A stretch of DNA of 64,000 bases from Candidatus Limnocylindrus sp. (GTDB lineage Bacteria; Chloroflexota; Limnocylindria; Limnocylindrales; Limnocylindraceae): positions 96,001 through 160,000 of the forward strand of contig JBBAWM010000002.1 in assembly GCA_040397175.1 (NCBI GenBank), in the 5' to 3' direction. Below the pieces are notes generated by a model. The model saw nothing but the letters and a program-made list of their open reading frames with translations, was not told the origin of the DNA and did not search any database. A program made the position numbers and the translations under genes. This document shows, piece after piece, positions 8,512 to 18,245 of this stretch. The number at the start of each line of letters is the position of its first letter. The first letter of the stretch is position 1.

Positions 8512-9163
8512 TTGCGGCGTCCTCTTGCGCTGGCGTGCTCGGCGCATCGGCATCTGCATCCACGTCGTCACCACGAATCGTTGATGAATCAGTGGCCTCA
8601 CTGCGCAAATCTAGGTGACGCAGGGCCTCGGCATCGCCCTCAAGCGCCGGGAGATCGGCCAGCGAGGCGAGACCGAATCGACGGAGGAACTCCAGCGTCG
8701 TTGCATAGCGGATCGGCCGCCCGGCAGTCTCCAAACGTCCCGCCTCTTCAATGAGCCCACGTTCGAGGAGGACGCGCAGGGCGTAATCGGCATCGACGCC
8801 GCGAATCTCTTCGATGCCGCCCTTGGTGACGGGCTGACGGTAGGCGATGACTGCGAGCGTCTCGAGCGGGGCTGCAGTGAGGTCAGAGCCGCCTGTTCCG
8901 ACCCAAGCAAGGACCGCGCGGGCCTGCTCAACGCCACTGGCCAACTGCAGCTCGTCGCCGTGCGTGATCAGGGTGATACCGCGCTGCGCAAGGTTCGTGG
9001 TGAGCGCGGTTATGAGGCGATCAAGATCGCCCTTCGACGCCTCAAGGAGCTTCGCAGCCTCTCGCCGGGTAATCGGCCGATCTACGACAAAGAGGAGGGC
9101 CTCAAGATCTTCGACGGTGGCTACCCACGGTGCTGCGGCAACACTCTGTCCTTCGTCGCTCAT
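8504..9163 (-). CDS. scpB: SMC-Scp complex subunit ScpB
   Basis: EALLF, LETLAVIAYRQPVT, IRGV, GRP.RY.TT..FL..FGL; ATGA overlap with the scpA stop. Confidence 0.93.
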   Translation of the reverse strand: MSDEGQSVAAAPWVATVEDLEALLFVVDRPITRREAAKLLEASKGDLDRLITALTTNLAQRGITLITHGDELQLASGVEQARAVLAWVGTGGSDLTAAPLETLAVIAYRQPVTKGGIEEIRGVDADYALRVLLERGLIEEAGRLETAGRPIRYATTLEFLRRFGLASLADLPALEGDAEALRHLDLRSEATDSSTIRGDDVDADADAPSTPAQEDAATD

Positions 9164-10017
9164 TCGCTCACCCCCTGCAGAATTGTGATTGGTCCCCACA
9201 GCGCATCTTGACGCACCTCGACCTCTCGCCGCTTGGAGAGCTCCAAGAGGGCTAAGAATGTCACGGCGATGAACGAACGGTCCTGGCGGTCGCCGAGCAG
9301 GGTCTCAAGATCCACCCCCACCACGCCGTTGAGGCGGACCGCCTCACGGATGGCAGAGAGCCGGTCGCTAATGGAGACCTTCATGCCGACCGGCGCGGCG
9401 GAGAGGGCGGCCAACGGCTTCCGTCGCAGGGCGATGCGCACCATAGCGCGAAGGAGGCGCTTTGGGTCTGACTTCATCGGAACAATAGGCTCGACAGGCG
9501 CCGCCTTCGGGCCAGGAAGTTGGCGCGTTGGCGGTTCGCGATACCAGAGCGGCTGCAGCAAGCGGTCGCCTAAGACGCGCGCTGCATCGCGGAAGACGCG
9601 GTACCGCAACAGCCGGATGCGCAGCGTATCGGCCTCATCCTCAACGTCGAGGTCATTCACAAGGTTTGGCGCGGCGGCGATCGGGCGCGGCAACAGCGCA
9701 CGGCTCTTGAGCACAATCAGCTGTGCCGCAACGGAAACAAACGATGAGAGCGTCTCGAGCCGATCATCAGGGATCTCAGCAAAGTAGCGCAGGAACTCGT
9801 CGGCAAATCCGGCAAGTGGCACACGACGCACATCCAACTCATCGCGCTCGATTAGGGCGAGTAACAGGCCATACGGTCCTCTGAATTCCCCAAGCGCCAC
9901 GTATGAGCGTGATCGGCCGAAAAGTCCGCCCTGTTCCCTGCGGAAGATGACCCCCTCAATATCGGGGACCGATGGGTCGGGGAGCTCAAACCCCTCCGCA
10001 ATGCCGCGAACGCTCAT
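9160..10017 (-). CDS. scpA: Segregation and condensation protein ScpA
   Basis: FRGPYGLLL.LI, AAQLI.LKSR.LLP, TFLALLEL motifs. Confidence 0.92.
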   Translation of the reverse strand: MSVRGIAEGFELPDPSVPDIEGVIFRREQGGLFGRSRSYVALGEFRGPYGLLLALIERDELDVRRVPLAGFADEFLRYFAEIPDDRLETLSSFVSVAAQLIVLKSRALLPRPIAAAPNLVNDLDVEDEADTLRIRLLRYRVFRDAARVLGDRLLQPLWYREPPTRQLPGPKAAPVEPIVPMKSDPKRLLRAMVRIALRRKPLAALSAAPVGMKVSISDRLSAIREAVRLNGVVGVDLETLLGDRQDRSFIAVTFLALLELSKRREVEVRQDALWGPITILQGVSE

Positions 10018-10571
10018 CGCGTCACGCCACTGTCGAGATCAAGGAGGAGACGGGCGCGCGCATTCACTGCAGTGGGTTTCTGCCGAGAGGTGATGCGCGA
10101 CTCCTGGCGTGCGAGCTCCTGCAGGATCGCGATCGTGCCCCTAGGGGCGCCGAGCTTGGCTGCGAGTGCAGGTGCGGCCGATGCGTGGAGTCGCAACCGT
10201 TGTCGCGCACGTGCGTATGGACCGCGGGCCCGCCCCGTCAACGGTGAGCCTTCAAGCACGTGGAGCACGCGGGGTAGAAGGCCGATCCGCCCTTTCGGAA
10301 GGTCGTGCAGGAGTGCTGCGAGTTGATCATCCGGTTTTGCACCGAGACGGCGCAGGCTGGCTGCGATACGCGTTGCGGAGGCCTGATCGGCCGGATGTGC
10401 ATCGGCAAAGGCGCGGCGCGCTCGCGTCGTCGCCCGCAGGACTTGGAGGTGGGCGTCACCCGCTACGCCGACCGGTGCAGTCAGGCCGACGCGAGCCCCC
10501 TGCTGACGGCCGACCGCCTGAAGGTGCAGAAGTACCTGCTGGATCCGGTGGGCGCGGGTCGCAAAATTCAC
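10014..10571 (-). CDS. HD-domain-like protein, degenerate metal ligands
   Basis: AALLHDLPK core; first His of the family replaced (DQAS); TAGGAT -10 six nt before GTG; ATGA-coupled to scpA. Confidence 0.6.
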   Translation of the reverse strand: MNFATRAHRIQQVLLHLQAVGRQQGARVGLTAPVGVAGDAHLQVLRATTRARRAFADAHPADQASATRIAASLRRLGAKPDDQLAALLHDLPKGRIGLLPRVLHVLEGSPLTGRARGPYARARQRLRLHASAAPALAAKLGAPRGTIAILQELARQESRITSRQKPTAVNARARLLLDLDSGVTR

Positions 10572-10599
10572 ACCCGAATCCTACCGCCTCGCGGGCCGC

Positions 10600-11538
10600 C
10601 TAGGCCCTCGGGTGGGCCTTCCGATACGAATCCCGCACGTGGCTCCCGAGGAGGTGGGTGTAGAGCTGCGTCGTGGCGATATCGGCATGACCAAGGAGCT
10701 CCTGTACCACACGGAGGTCCGCCCCTCCATCAAGGAGGTGCGTTGCAAATGAGTGGCGCAGCGTATGGGGGTGGATCTCGCTACCGAGGCTTGCCGCGAC
10801 CGCCGCACTACGAATCGCAGCCCAGGCCGACTCCCTGCGTAGCCGCACGCCGCCACGTGACAAGAGGAGCGCCTTCGGCTCGGGCGAGGATCCGCTTGCG
10901 CGGCTGGGGGCCTGCTGATGGATTGCGCGCCAGTGGTCAAGATAAGACTGGATGGCATCGAGCGCCGGCTCGCCAATGGGAACGATGCGCTCACGCCGGC
11001 CCTTCCCGAACAGGCGAACGGATCCGTCGTCCAGATCCAAGGAGTCCAAGTCAAGATCAACGATCTCGCTCACCCGACCGCCCGATCCATAGAGCAACTC
11101 ACCAAGCGCACGGTTCCGCGACGCAGTTGCACGGGCGGCATCACTCTCGTTTGCGGGGGTGCCAAGCGCACCAAGAAGTCGTTCAACTTCTTCGATACCC
11201 AACACCGTCGGCAACGTACGACGTGACCGCGGTAGATCGATCTCATCACTAATTGAGCGTGCAATGATCCCTTCACCCTCAGCGAATCGATAAAGGACGC
11301 GCAGCGCCGCTGCCCTCCGACGCATGGTCGACAGCGCGTTGCCTGGCTGGGCGATCCACTCTTGCGCCGCCTTGGCGGAGCTCTTCCAGGCACCGCTTGC
11401 CCCGAGTGATTGAGCAAACGCCTGATAGTCCCCACGGTAGGCAGCGAGGGTACGCGGGGCGAGGTTCCGTTCGACCCCGAGATAGAGAATGCACGAGTCA
11501 ATCAGGCGATCAATCTCGCTCCGCGCCGCCGTGGGCAT
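10600..11538 (-). CDS. xerD: Tyrosine recombinase XerD
   Basis: N-terminal SAM-like ERNLA.RT..AY..D, R.SE, GKGRRER.VP, HPHTLRHSFATH, LLGH, TTQLY. Confidence 0.88.
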   Translation of the reverse strand: MPTAARSEIDRLIDSCILYLGVERNLAPRTLAAYRGDYQAFAQSLGASGAWKSSAKAAQEWIAQPGNALSTMRRRAAALRVLYRFAEGEGIIARSISDEIDLPRSRRTLPTVLGIEEVERLLGALGTPANESDAARATASRNRALGELLYGSGGRVSEIVDLDLDSLDLDDGSVRLFGKGRRERIVPIGEPALDAIQSYLDHWRAIHQQAPSRASGSSPEPKALLLSRGGVRLRRESAWAAIRSAAVAASLGSEIHPHTLRHSFATHLLDGGADLRVVQELLGHADIATTQLYTHLLGSHVRDSYRKAHPRA

Positions 11539-13214
11539 TAGCGGCCGCGACGTGCGTTGGCCAAAAGTTCGTTGGCCGCGGCAGTCGCCCCGCTGCCAGC
11601 CCCTTCGCCGGCCAACATGGCGGCAAGCTCGATCACCCGCTCCTCATCGGTAAGACGCTGCACCTGTGTCAAAGTGCGGCCATCCACCTCCCGCTTAGAG
11701 ACGCGCAGGTGGAAGTCGGCTTGCGCCGCAACTTGAGGAAGATGGGTGACACAGAGAACCTGATGTTGCGCCGAGATGCGGCGCAGGCTTCGGCCGAGAG
11801 TCTCCCCCGCCCGGCCGCCGAGCCCAGCATCAATCTCATCAAAGACAAGGGTGCGCGCCTCGCTCGCATCACTCAGCGCCTCTTCGATGGCGAGCGAGAC
11901 GCGGCTCAGCTCACCGCCAGAGGCGATCTTGGCGATTGGTCCGGCCGGCTCCCCCGCATTCGGCGCGAACATGAACGAAACGTCGTCACCGCCCCCCTGA
12001 TCCACGGCACATGGCAAGCCCTCAACGAGTGGATCGCCCTCTGTGCCGACGCGGGGCGCGAGCGGGATCGCGAAGCTTGGCGGCAGATCGAGCGCGGTGA
12101 GCGCCGCGTTCACTGCGGCAGAAAGCGTGACGGCACCCGCCCGTCGCGCTACCCGGAGTGCGGTGGCGACCTCGCCAACACGCCCGGTGAGTGCGGTGAG
12201 CTGCTGCATGATCTCGACGCGACGCTCCTCGGCGCCATCCAGACGCGCCACCTCGTCGCGGGCACGTGTCAGGGCCAAAAGAAGGCCCGCCTCATCGGTG
12301 CGGAAGCGTCGCTGGAGCGCGAGTAGGAGCGCCAGCCGGTCCTCGAGTTCGCCCAGGCTGCGTGTGCCACCTGCAAATGGCGTGAGTCCAGCCGCCTCGC
12401 GACCAAGGTCATCAATCTCAATGGAGAGGGCGCTCACCCGCTCTTGCAGCGTTGAGGCATCAGCATCGAGGCGCGCTAGTTCCCGCGCGATACGCTCAGC
12501 GCTCGCCGCACGGGCACGCAGGCCGCTGCGATCCTCGTTCAGCGCCTCGCGAAGTTCATCTTGCAGGGCCGAGATGCGCTCACTATTTGAGGCGCGGCGC
12601 AACTCTTCCTTCAGCTCCGCCTCTTCACCCTCGCGCACCGCAGCCGCTTCGAGGTCATCCCGCTCCGTGCGTGCAACCTCCAAGAGTGCGAGGCGCCGCG
12701 TGTCGTCGCCGCCAAGTCCCTGTAACTCATCATGGAGCTCGCTACGCTGCAGCATGAGGCTCGCAACCTCGGCACGAAGCCCCTCGGCCTTCGACCAGCG
12801 GTCAAGGAGTTCGCGTTGCCGACCTGGGTCACCGAGACGCTGCTGATCGTGCTGCCCGTGAATATCTATCCGTGGTCCGATCTCACCGGCCAGTCGCCCG
12901 ATCGTCACCAGCTCATCGTCGATGCGGGCGACTGAGCGTCCTTCGGCGTACACCTCGCGAACAGCGATCTGGTCGCGACCCTGTGCAGTGATTTGTAGGT
13001 CAACCCTGAGGCGTTCAGATCCGGCGCGCACCGCTCCAGAGTCGCCACGGCCACCCCGCGCCAAGGCAAGTGCATCAACGAGGAGCGACTTTCCGGCGCC
13101 AGTCTCACCAGTGAGCACGGTGAGACCGAGTCCAAACTCAACACGAACCGCATCGATGATCGCAAGGCCCGTCACGCCAAGCTCGCGAATGTGCGAACCC
13201 TTCGGCGCACTCAC
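11538..13214 (-). CDS. recN: DNA repair protein RecN
   Basis: TGETGAGKS, IHGQHD, coiled coil, ASGGELSR, FDEID, VTHLPQVAA. Confidence 0.95.
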   Translation of the reverse strand: MSAPKGSHIRELGVTGLAIIDAVRVEFGLGLTVLTGETGAGKSLLVDALALARGGRGDSGAVRAGSERLRVDLQITAQGRDQIAVREVYAEGRSVARIDDELVTIGRLAGEIGPRIDIHGQHDQQRLGDPGRQRELLDRWSKAEGLRAEVASLMLQRSELHDELQGLGGDDTRRLALLEVARTERDDLEAAAVREGEEAELKEELRRASNSERISALQDELREALNEDRSGLRARAASAERIARELARLDADASTLQERVSALSIEIDDLGREAAGLTPFAGGTRSLGELEDRLALLLALQRRFRTDEAGLLLALTRARDEVARLDGAEERRVEIMQQLTALTGRVGEVATALRVARRAGAVTLSAAVNAALTALDLPPSFAIPLAPRVGTEGDPLVEGLPCAVDQGGGDDVSFMFAPNAGEPAGPIAKIASGGELSRVSLAIEEALSDASEARTLVFDEIDAGLGGRAGETLGRSLRRISAQHQVLCVTHLPQVAAQADFHLRVSKREVDGRTLTQVQRLTDEERVIELAAMLAGEGAGSGATAAANELLANARRGR

Positions 13215-14044
13215 CGTGGGAGGAGGTCAACCTTCTGGCGGACCAAATCCCAGAATGGGGCGGCGCCCTGCAGCTCGACGAAGTTGATGGGCTGCTCCGC
13301 TTCCGTGACGGAGACACGATCGCCAATCTCGAGTGGCTGATCAATCCAACCATCGATCGAGACCACCGCATCTTCGCCCTGCACCACCGTACAGGTGACC
13401 GTCTGCGATGCAGAGACCGTCACCGAGCGGAGGGTCGCGAGGTAGGCGGCAATGGGCGTCACGATGAGATTTCGACTCGTCGGTTCAAGGATCGGACCAC
13501 CGGCCGAGAAGGAGTAGCCTGTGGAACCTGTCGGCGAGGAGACGATCACCCCATCCGCGATATAGGTGGCCAGATGGCTCTCACCAACGGCGACATCTAG
13601 CCGAAGAACTCGTGGGAGGCGGCCGCGCGCGACCACCACGTCGTTGAGCGCGTCGAGCTGCTCCGTGCGCCCATCACCGCGATGAATCGTTGCGCGGAGT
13701 GCCATGCGGGGCTGCGTGGTCCAACGCTTGGCGTGGAGGGCATCAAGGGTCGCCTCAACCTGGAACGCCTCAGCACGCGCAAGGAATCCAATCTTGCCAA
13801 GGTTGACTCCGAGCAGCGGAGTCGTGGTACCTGCGACGGCAGAGGCGGCGCGCAAAAAGGTGCCGTCACCACCGAATGAGATCAAGACCTCGGAGCCAGG
13901 GAGTGCCGCGCGCACCGCGGGAACCTCTTCGGCCGCATGGCCCCAGCACTCTACGCCGTTTGCGGCGCACCAGCCAGCGGCCTCGTCCCACGCCTCTTGG
14001 GCAAGGTCGTTGGTCGGGTTGTAGACAAAACCGAAGCGGCGCAT
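13211..14044 (-). CDS. nadK: NAD kinase
   Basis: GGDGT, LND, DG.IVSSPTGSTGYSFSAGGP. Confidence 0.95.
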   Translation of the reverse strand: MRRFGFVYNPTNDLAQEAWDEAAGWCAANGVECWGHAAEEVPAVRAALPGSEVLISFGGDGTFLRAASAVAGTTTPLLGVNLGKIGFLARAEAFQVEATLDALHAKRWTTQPRMALRATIHRGDGRTEQLDALNDVVVARGRLPRVLRLDVAVGESHLATYIADGVIVSSPTGSTGYSFSAGGPILEPTSRNLIVTPIAAYLATLRSVTVSASQTVTCTVVQGEDAVVSIDGWIDQPLEIGDRVSVTEAEQPINFVELQGAAPFWDLVRQKVDLLPR

Positions 14045-14119
14045 GGGTACATCATCGCACATGGGAATCAGCGTTCGCGTTCCCTGCGGGAGGCCGCTGG
14101 GCTCGATGCGCGACGGGGA

Positions 14120-16090
14120 TTACTGGTTGCGCGCGCTCCAGGCGGCCCGGATACGACGCTCGATGCCAGCCTCATCGAGGCCGATCAGCGTGCGAAGATC
14201 TGAGACGCTGCCGTGGTCCACGAAGCTGCCAGCGGGGATCCCGATTGTGACGATGGACGCCTTGACGCGGCGGCCAGTTGCCGATTCATGTGCTGCCAGC
14301 GACTCCACGACGGCACCACCGAATCCACCCGCCTCAACGCTCTCTTCCAGCGTGACGATCAAGTCAGCGGTCTCGCCATAACGGCGCACCATGGTGTGAT
14401 CAAGCGGGCTCGCCCAGATAGCGTTCACGAGGGCGACGGAGATTCCCTCAGCACGTAGGCGCGCAGCCACTGGGAGCACCCGCTGAATGATCGGCCCGAA
14501 GGCCAAAATAGCGATCTGGTTGCCCTCCTCGAGCACCTCCGAAACGCCAACGGGGAGCGGGCTTGGAGTTGTCTCTGGGACGCCGACTACGCTGTCGCGC
14601 GGATAGTGCAGGGCGAATGGATGATCTTGCGCCAGTGCTGTGCGCACGAGCGACCGCAGCTGCTGCTCATCTTTGGGTGACGCGATCAGGAGTCGTGGAA
14701 TCTGACGCTGCGCGGTCAGCATGAACATGCCCTGATGACTCGTGCCGTCTTCGCCAACGAGGCCCGCACGGTCTACACCAATCAGCACAGGCTGATCGTT
14801 CTGACAGACGTCATGCACGATCTGATCCCACGCTCGCTGCAAGAAGGTGGAATAGATCGCAACAACTGGTCGACCGCCACCCATGGCGATTCCCGTAGCC
14901 GCAGCAACGGCGTGCTGCTCGGCGATGCCAACGTCGTAGAAGCGATTGGGGTAGGCGGTGGCGAATTTGTCCAGCCCAGTCCCCGTCGGCATCCCTGCCG
15001 TAATTGCCACAATGCGCCGGTCGCTCGCAGCGGCGGCAACCACCTCAGCGGCAAAGAAGGAGGTGTAGTTGGGCACCTTAGCTGGAGTAGCGATTGGATC
15101 AACGCCCGCCTTGCCGTAGCTGTCGGTAGCGCCAACTGGAACCTTGGGGAGTGCTGCGCCGTGGAAGGTGATCGGATCTACCTCAGCCGGGCGATAGCCG
15201 CGACCCTTCTGTGTCCGTAGATGAACGATCACTGGGCCGTTCATGGTGAAGGCCTTCGCGAACGCCTCTTCGAGTTGCGCGCGGTTGTGTCCGTCGAGAA
15301 CCCCTACATAGGTGATGCCAAGATCTTCAAAGAGACGCCCAGGCTCCTGCACGAAGGAGACGACAGATCGGCGCAGGCTCTTGGACCAGGCGGCAAGTTG
15401 CCGCCCAACGAGCGGTACCCGCGAGATGGTGCGGTCGTACCAGCCCTTGCTCTCTCGCCAGCGACCAGAGAGCTTCACCTTTGAAAGATACGCAGAAATT
15501 GCGCCCACCGTCGGCGAGATAGACATCTCGTTATCGTTGAGCACGATGAGCAGCGGAGTTCCGCGATCGCCAATATCGTTGAGAGCCTCGAGGCTGAGAC
15601 CGCTCATGAGTGCGGCGTCGCCAACGATCACCGCGACTTTCTCGTTGCTACCGCGGACATCGCGCGCCAGTGCCAGCCCTTGGCCGATCGAAATTCCAGT
15701 GCCAGCATGTCCGCCATCAAAGACGTCGTGTGGGGACTCGGTGCGTCGAGGGAAGCCGCCGATGCCACCGAGCTGGCGCAGCGTGCCGAACCGCGCAAGG
15801 CGCCCAGTCAGCAGCTTATGTGGGTACGCCTGGTGCCCAGTATCAAAAACGATGCGGTCTACCGGCGAGTTCATGACGCGATGAAGCGCCACCGTGAGCT
15901 CGACAACGCCGAGGCTTGGGCCAAGGTGTCCGCCAGTAACGGCGGTGGTGGCGATGATGGCGGTTCGGAGCTGCTCTGCAACCTGGTCAAGCTCTGCGCT
16001 GGAGAGCGCCTTGAGGCCGGCGGGGCCGTCGAGGCGAGCGAGTAACGAGTCGGCGCCAACAGCGCGCAGGGCGACCCCTTCGTCAGGCAT
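14120..16090 (-). CDS. dxs: 1-deoxy-D-xylulose-5-phosphate synthase
   Basis: GGHLG, DTGHQAYPHK, GDAA..NDN, DVGIAEQH, YSTFLQRA, DRAGLVGEDG.SH. Confidence 0.97.
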   Translation of the reverse strand: MPDEGVALRAVGADSLLARLDGPAGLKALSSAELDQVAEQLRTAIIATTAVTGGHLGPSLGVVELTVALHRVMNSPVDRIVFDTGHQAYPHKLLTGRLARFGTLRQLGGIGGFPRRTESPHDVFDGGHAGTGISIGQGLALARDVRGSNEKVAVIVGDAALMSGLSLEALNDIGDRGTPLLIVLNDNEMSISPTVGAISAYLSKVKLSGRWRESKGWYDRTISRVPLVGRQLAAWSKSLRRSVVSFVQEPGRLFEDLGITYVGVLDGHNRAQLEEAFAKAFTMNGPVIVHLRTQKGRGYRPAEVDPITFHGAALPKVPVGATDSYGKAGVDPIATPAKVPNYTSFFAAEVVAAAASDRRIVAITAGMPTGTGLDKFATAYPNRFYDVGIAEQHAVAAATGIAMGGGRPVVAIYSTFLQRAWDQIVHDVCQNDQPVLIGVDRAGLVGEDGTSHQGMFMLTAQRQIPRLLIASPKDEQQLRSLVRTALAQDHPFALHYPRDSVVGVPETTPSPLPVGVSEVLEEGNQIAILAFGPIIQRVLPVAARLRAEGISVALVNAIWASPLDHTMVRRYGETADLIVTLEESVEAGGFGGAVVESLAAHESATGRRVKASIVTIGIPAGSFVDHGSVSDLRTLIGLDEAGIERRIRAAWSARNQ

Positions 16091-16370
16091 CCTCATCCTC
16101 CTCTTCGTCGTCAGTCAACGCCGTAGTTCCATCAGGGAGCAGCTCTTCGACGCGCAAGCGAGCCGCCTGTAACTGCGCCTCGGCGTGCTGTTGGAGCGTG
16201 ACACCCCGTTCGTACTGCCCGACTGCATCCTCAAGATTCGCATCCTGGGTCTCGAGATCATCAACGATGGAGCGGAGTTCCGCAACGGTCGCCTCGAAGC
16301 TTGTTGGAAGCGCGGCGGTCGCATCAGCGTTATGTGTGGTGCGCGCTGGGGTGGCCTTACGCTTCACCAT
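16083..16370 (-). CDS. xseB: Exodeoxyribonuclease VII small subunit
   Basis: SFEA...EL..IV..LE....LE.AV..YERG..L pattern. Confidence 0.92.
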   Translation of the reverse strand: MVKRKATPARTTHNADATAALPTSFEATVAELRSIVDDLETQDANLEDAVGQYERGVTLQQHAEAQLQAARLRVEELLPDGTTALTDDEEEDEDA

Positions 16371-17628
16371 CGGTTACCCCCTTTGTTCGCTCTGTCACGG
16401 TTGCCCGAAGGGCGCCCTTCGCCAGACGGATTTGGAGCGTCGCCCCCATTGGGGCATCTCGCCAAGAGCGTACCGCCCTTCCCCCATCCCCCGCCACAAT
16501 CGCGTATCCGCGTGCGAGGACCCGCAGGGGCGAGAGGGCCCCCAGAACGAGGTTTAGCTGCCCGAGCGTGTTCGATGCCCCCTGGAGGCGCGCGAGGGCT
16601 GCACGCGCCAGGTCGTCGGAGAGTTGCGCAACCCGCTCGTCGGCGCGTTCGATCCGATCGATCGGACTGACACCATCAAGGGCGCGCGCCACCTCCTGTA
16701 GTCGGCGTTCAGCTCGGTCAAGGGCAAACGCCAGTGCGCGGCCGCCGCGATCTCGCAGGCGCCCAACGTCATGTCGCCACTGCAGCAGATCGCTCGAAAG
16801 TGCGGCGGCGCCAATGCTCGGTGTGCCAGCACGCAGATCTGCGACAAGATCGGCGAGTGTCACATCGGACTCGTGTCCGACGGCAGAGATCATTGGGGTT
16901 GCGGAGGCGGCAATCGCGCGAAGCACCACCTCAGCATTGAACGCACCAAGGTCATCGCTCGATCCGCCCCCGCGCGCCAAGAGGAGCACGCTGATGGCGT
17001 CTGGTCGGCCGCTGCGACGCTCCTTCACCCCGCACGCGTCAATCCGTGCGATCGCCTTGGCAATCTCTTCTGGGGCACCAGCACCTTGCACCGCGGTGTG
17101 CACCACAACAAGGCGTGCGAGTGGCGCTTCACGGCGCAGCACGCGCAGCACATCGTGCAGCACAGCGCCAGAGGTCGAGGTGATCAAACCGATTCCACGA
17201 GGTGCATGTGGGATCGGCCGCTTGCGTGCTACGTCGAAGAGTCCCTCCGCCTGCAGGGTGCGTTTAAGCGCCTCGAGCTCGCGCGAGAGGAGGCCCATGC
17301 CGCCAGCTCGCTCCACCGCTGTGGCAACCAGCTGGTAACGGCTCCGCGGGCTGTAGAGATCGATGCGACCGCGCACAACGACGATCTCGCCGACCACTGG
17401 GGTCTCTTCACCCGGACGAATCGCGCCACGAAAGCGAACCACATCGAGGGTCGCCTCTGCATCGCGAAGCGTGAGGTATTCGTGACCGGCAGAGCTGCGC
17501 ATGGCGCTCTGCACCTCGCCAGCAACGACGCAGTCAGCTAACGATGGATCGGCGCTGATGCGCTCCTTGATGCGAGCGGCAACGTCGGAGACGCTGAGCG
17601 CCTCGACGGGGGCGTCAAACGGGTTCAG
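16357..17628 (-). CDS. xseA: Exodeoxyribonuclease VII large subunit (probable CTG start overlapping the efp stop)
   Basis: GH.YLTLRD, GAVLHD, VQG, ARGGGS, SAVGHESD, TPS; conserved N-terminus LSVSDV...IK...VVAGEV lies upstream of the track's GTG at 17514. Confidence 0.93.
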   Translation of the reverse strand: MNPFDAPVEALSVSDVAARIKERISADPSLADCVVAGEVQSAMRSSAGHEYLTLRDAEATLDVVRFRGAIRPGEETPVVGEIVVVRGRIDLYSPRSRYQLVATAVERAGGMGLLSRELEALKRTLQAEGLFDVARKRPIPHAPRGIGLITSTSGAVLHDVLRVLRREAPLARLVVVHTAVQGAGAPEEIAKAIARIDACGVKERRSGRPDAISVLLLARGGGSSDDLGAFNAEVVLRAIAASATPMISAVGHESDVTLADLVADLRAGTPSIGAAALSSDLLQWRHDVGRLRDRGGRALAFALDRAERRLQEVARALDGVSPIDRIERADERVAQLSDDLARAALARLQGASNTLGQLNLVLGALSPLRVLARGYAIVAGDGGRAVRSWRDAPMGATLQIRLAKGALRATVTERTKGVTDGEA

Positions 17629-18182
17629 ACGCGCGTCTGGTACTCGCCCGTTCGTGTATCGACGCGAATGACGTCACCCACGCTAACGAAGAGCGGTACC
17701 TGGACGACCAAGCCTGTCTCAAGGGTTGCCGGCTTTCGTGTACCGGTCGCCGTATCGCCGGCAAAGCCGGGATCAGTCTCCGTCACCTTGAGATCAAGGT
17801 TGATCGGCAGTTCTACACCGAGCGTTTCACCCTCGTAGCTCACGCGATCAAGCTGCAGGCCATCCTTGATGTAGTCCTTTGCATCGCCAAGCTGCTCAGC
17901 GGTGATCACGAACTGGTCGTAGGTTTCGGTATCCATGAAGGTGTAGTCGTCGCCCTCGGAGAAGAGGAACTGTGCCGTGCGACGCTCCATGGTGGCGCGC
18001 GGAAACTTCTCGCCCGCTTGGAAGGTCTTCTCAACGATGGACTGCTTGCGAACGTTGCGGAACTTGATGCGCACCTGCGCCGAGCCACGCCCCATCTTGA
18101 TGTGGTGGTAGTCAAGAATCTGCCAGAGGTCGCCCTCCAGCTCAATGACGACACCCTTCTTCAGTTCACCGGTTGAGATCAT
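17625..18182 (-). CDS. efp: Elongation factor P (Arg32, KMGRG loop)
   Basis: HIKMGRGSA, FMD.ETYDQ, GDTATG..KPA.LETG, VDTRTGEY; SD GAGGAG and upstream TAGAAT -10. Confidence 0.97.
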   Translation of the reverse strand: MISTGELKKGVVIELEGDLWQILDYHHIKMGRGSAQVRIKFRNVRKQSIVEKTFQAGEKFPRATMERRTAQFLFSEGDDYTFMDTETYDQFVITAEQLGDAKDYIKDGLQLDRVSYEGETLGVELPINLDLKVTETDPGFAGDTATGTRKPATLETGLVVQVPLFVSVGDVIRVDTRTGEYQTRV

Positions 18183-18245
18183 GTCGGACTCTCCTCTACT
18201 GGGCCGTACGCGGCGGCAACGTGGACATCTGGAGCATTCTAGCCG

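Noticed and set aside
10600-11538. Two tyrosine recombinases as possible phage or island integrases; 29 identical residues shared with the gene at 38500-39462
   Set aside because: Both sit in housekeeping contexts typical of xerD and xerC, no att repeats or cargo are seen, and the shared stretch is the conserved catalytic box with many synonymous differences.
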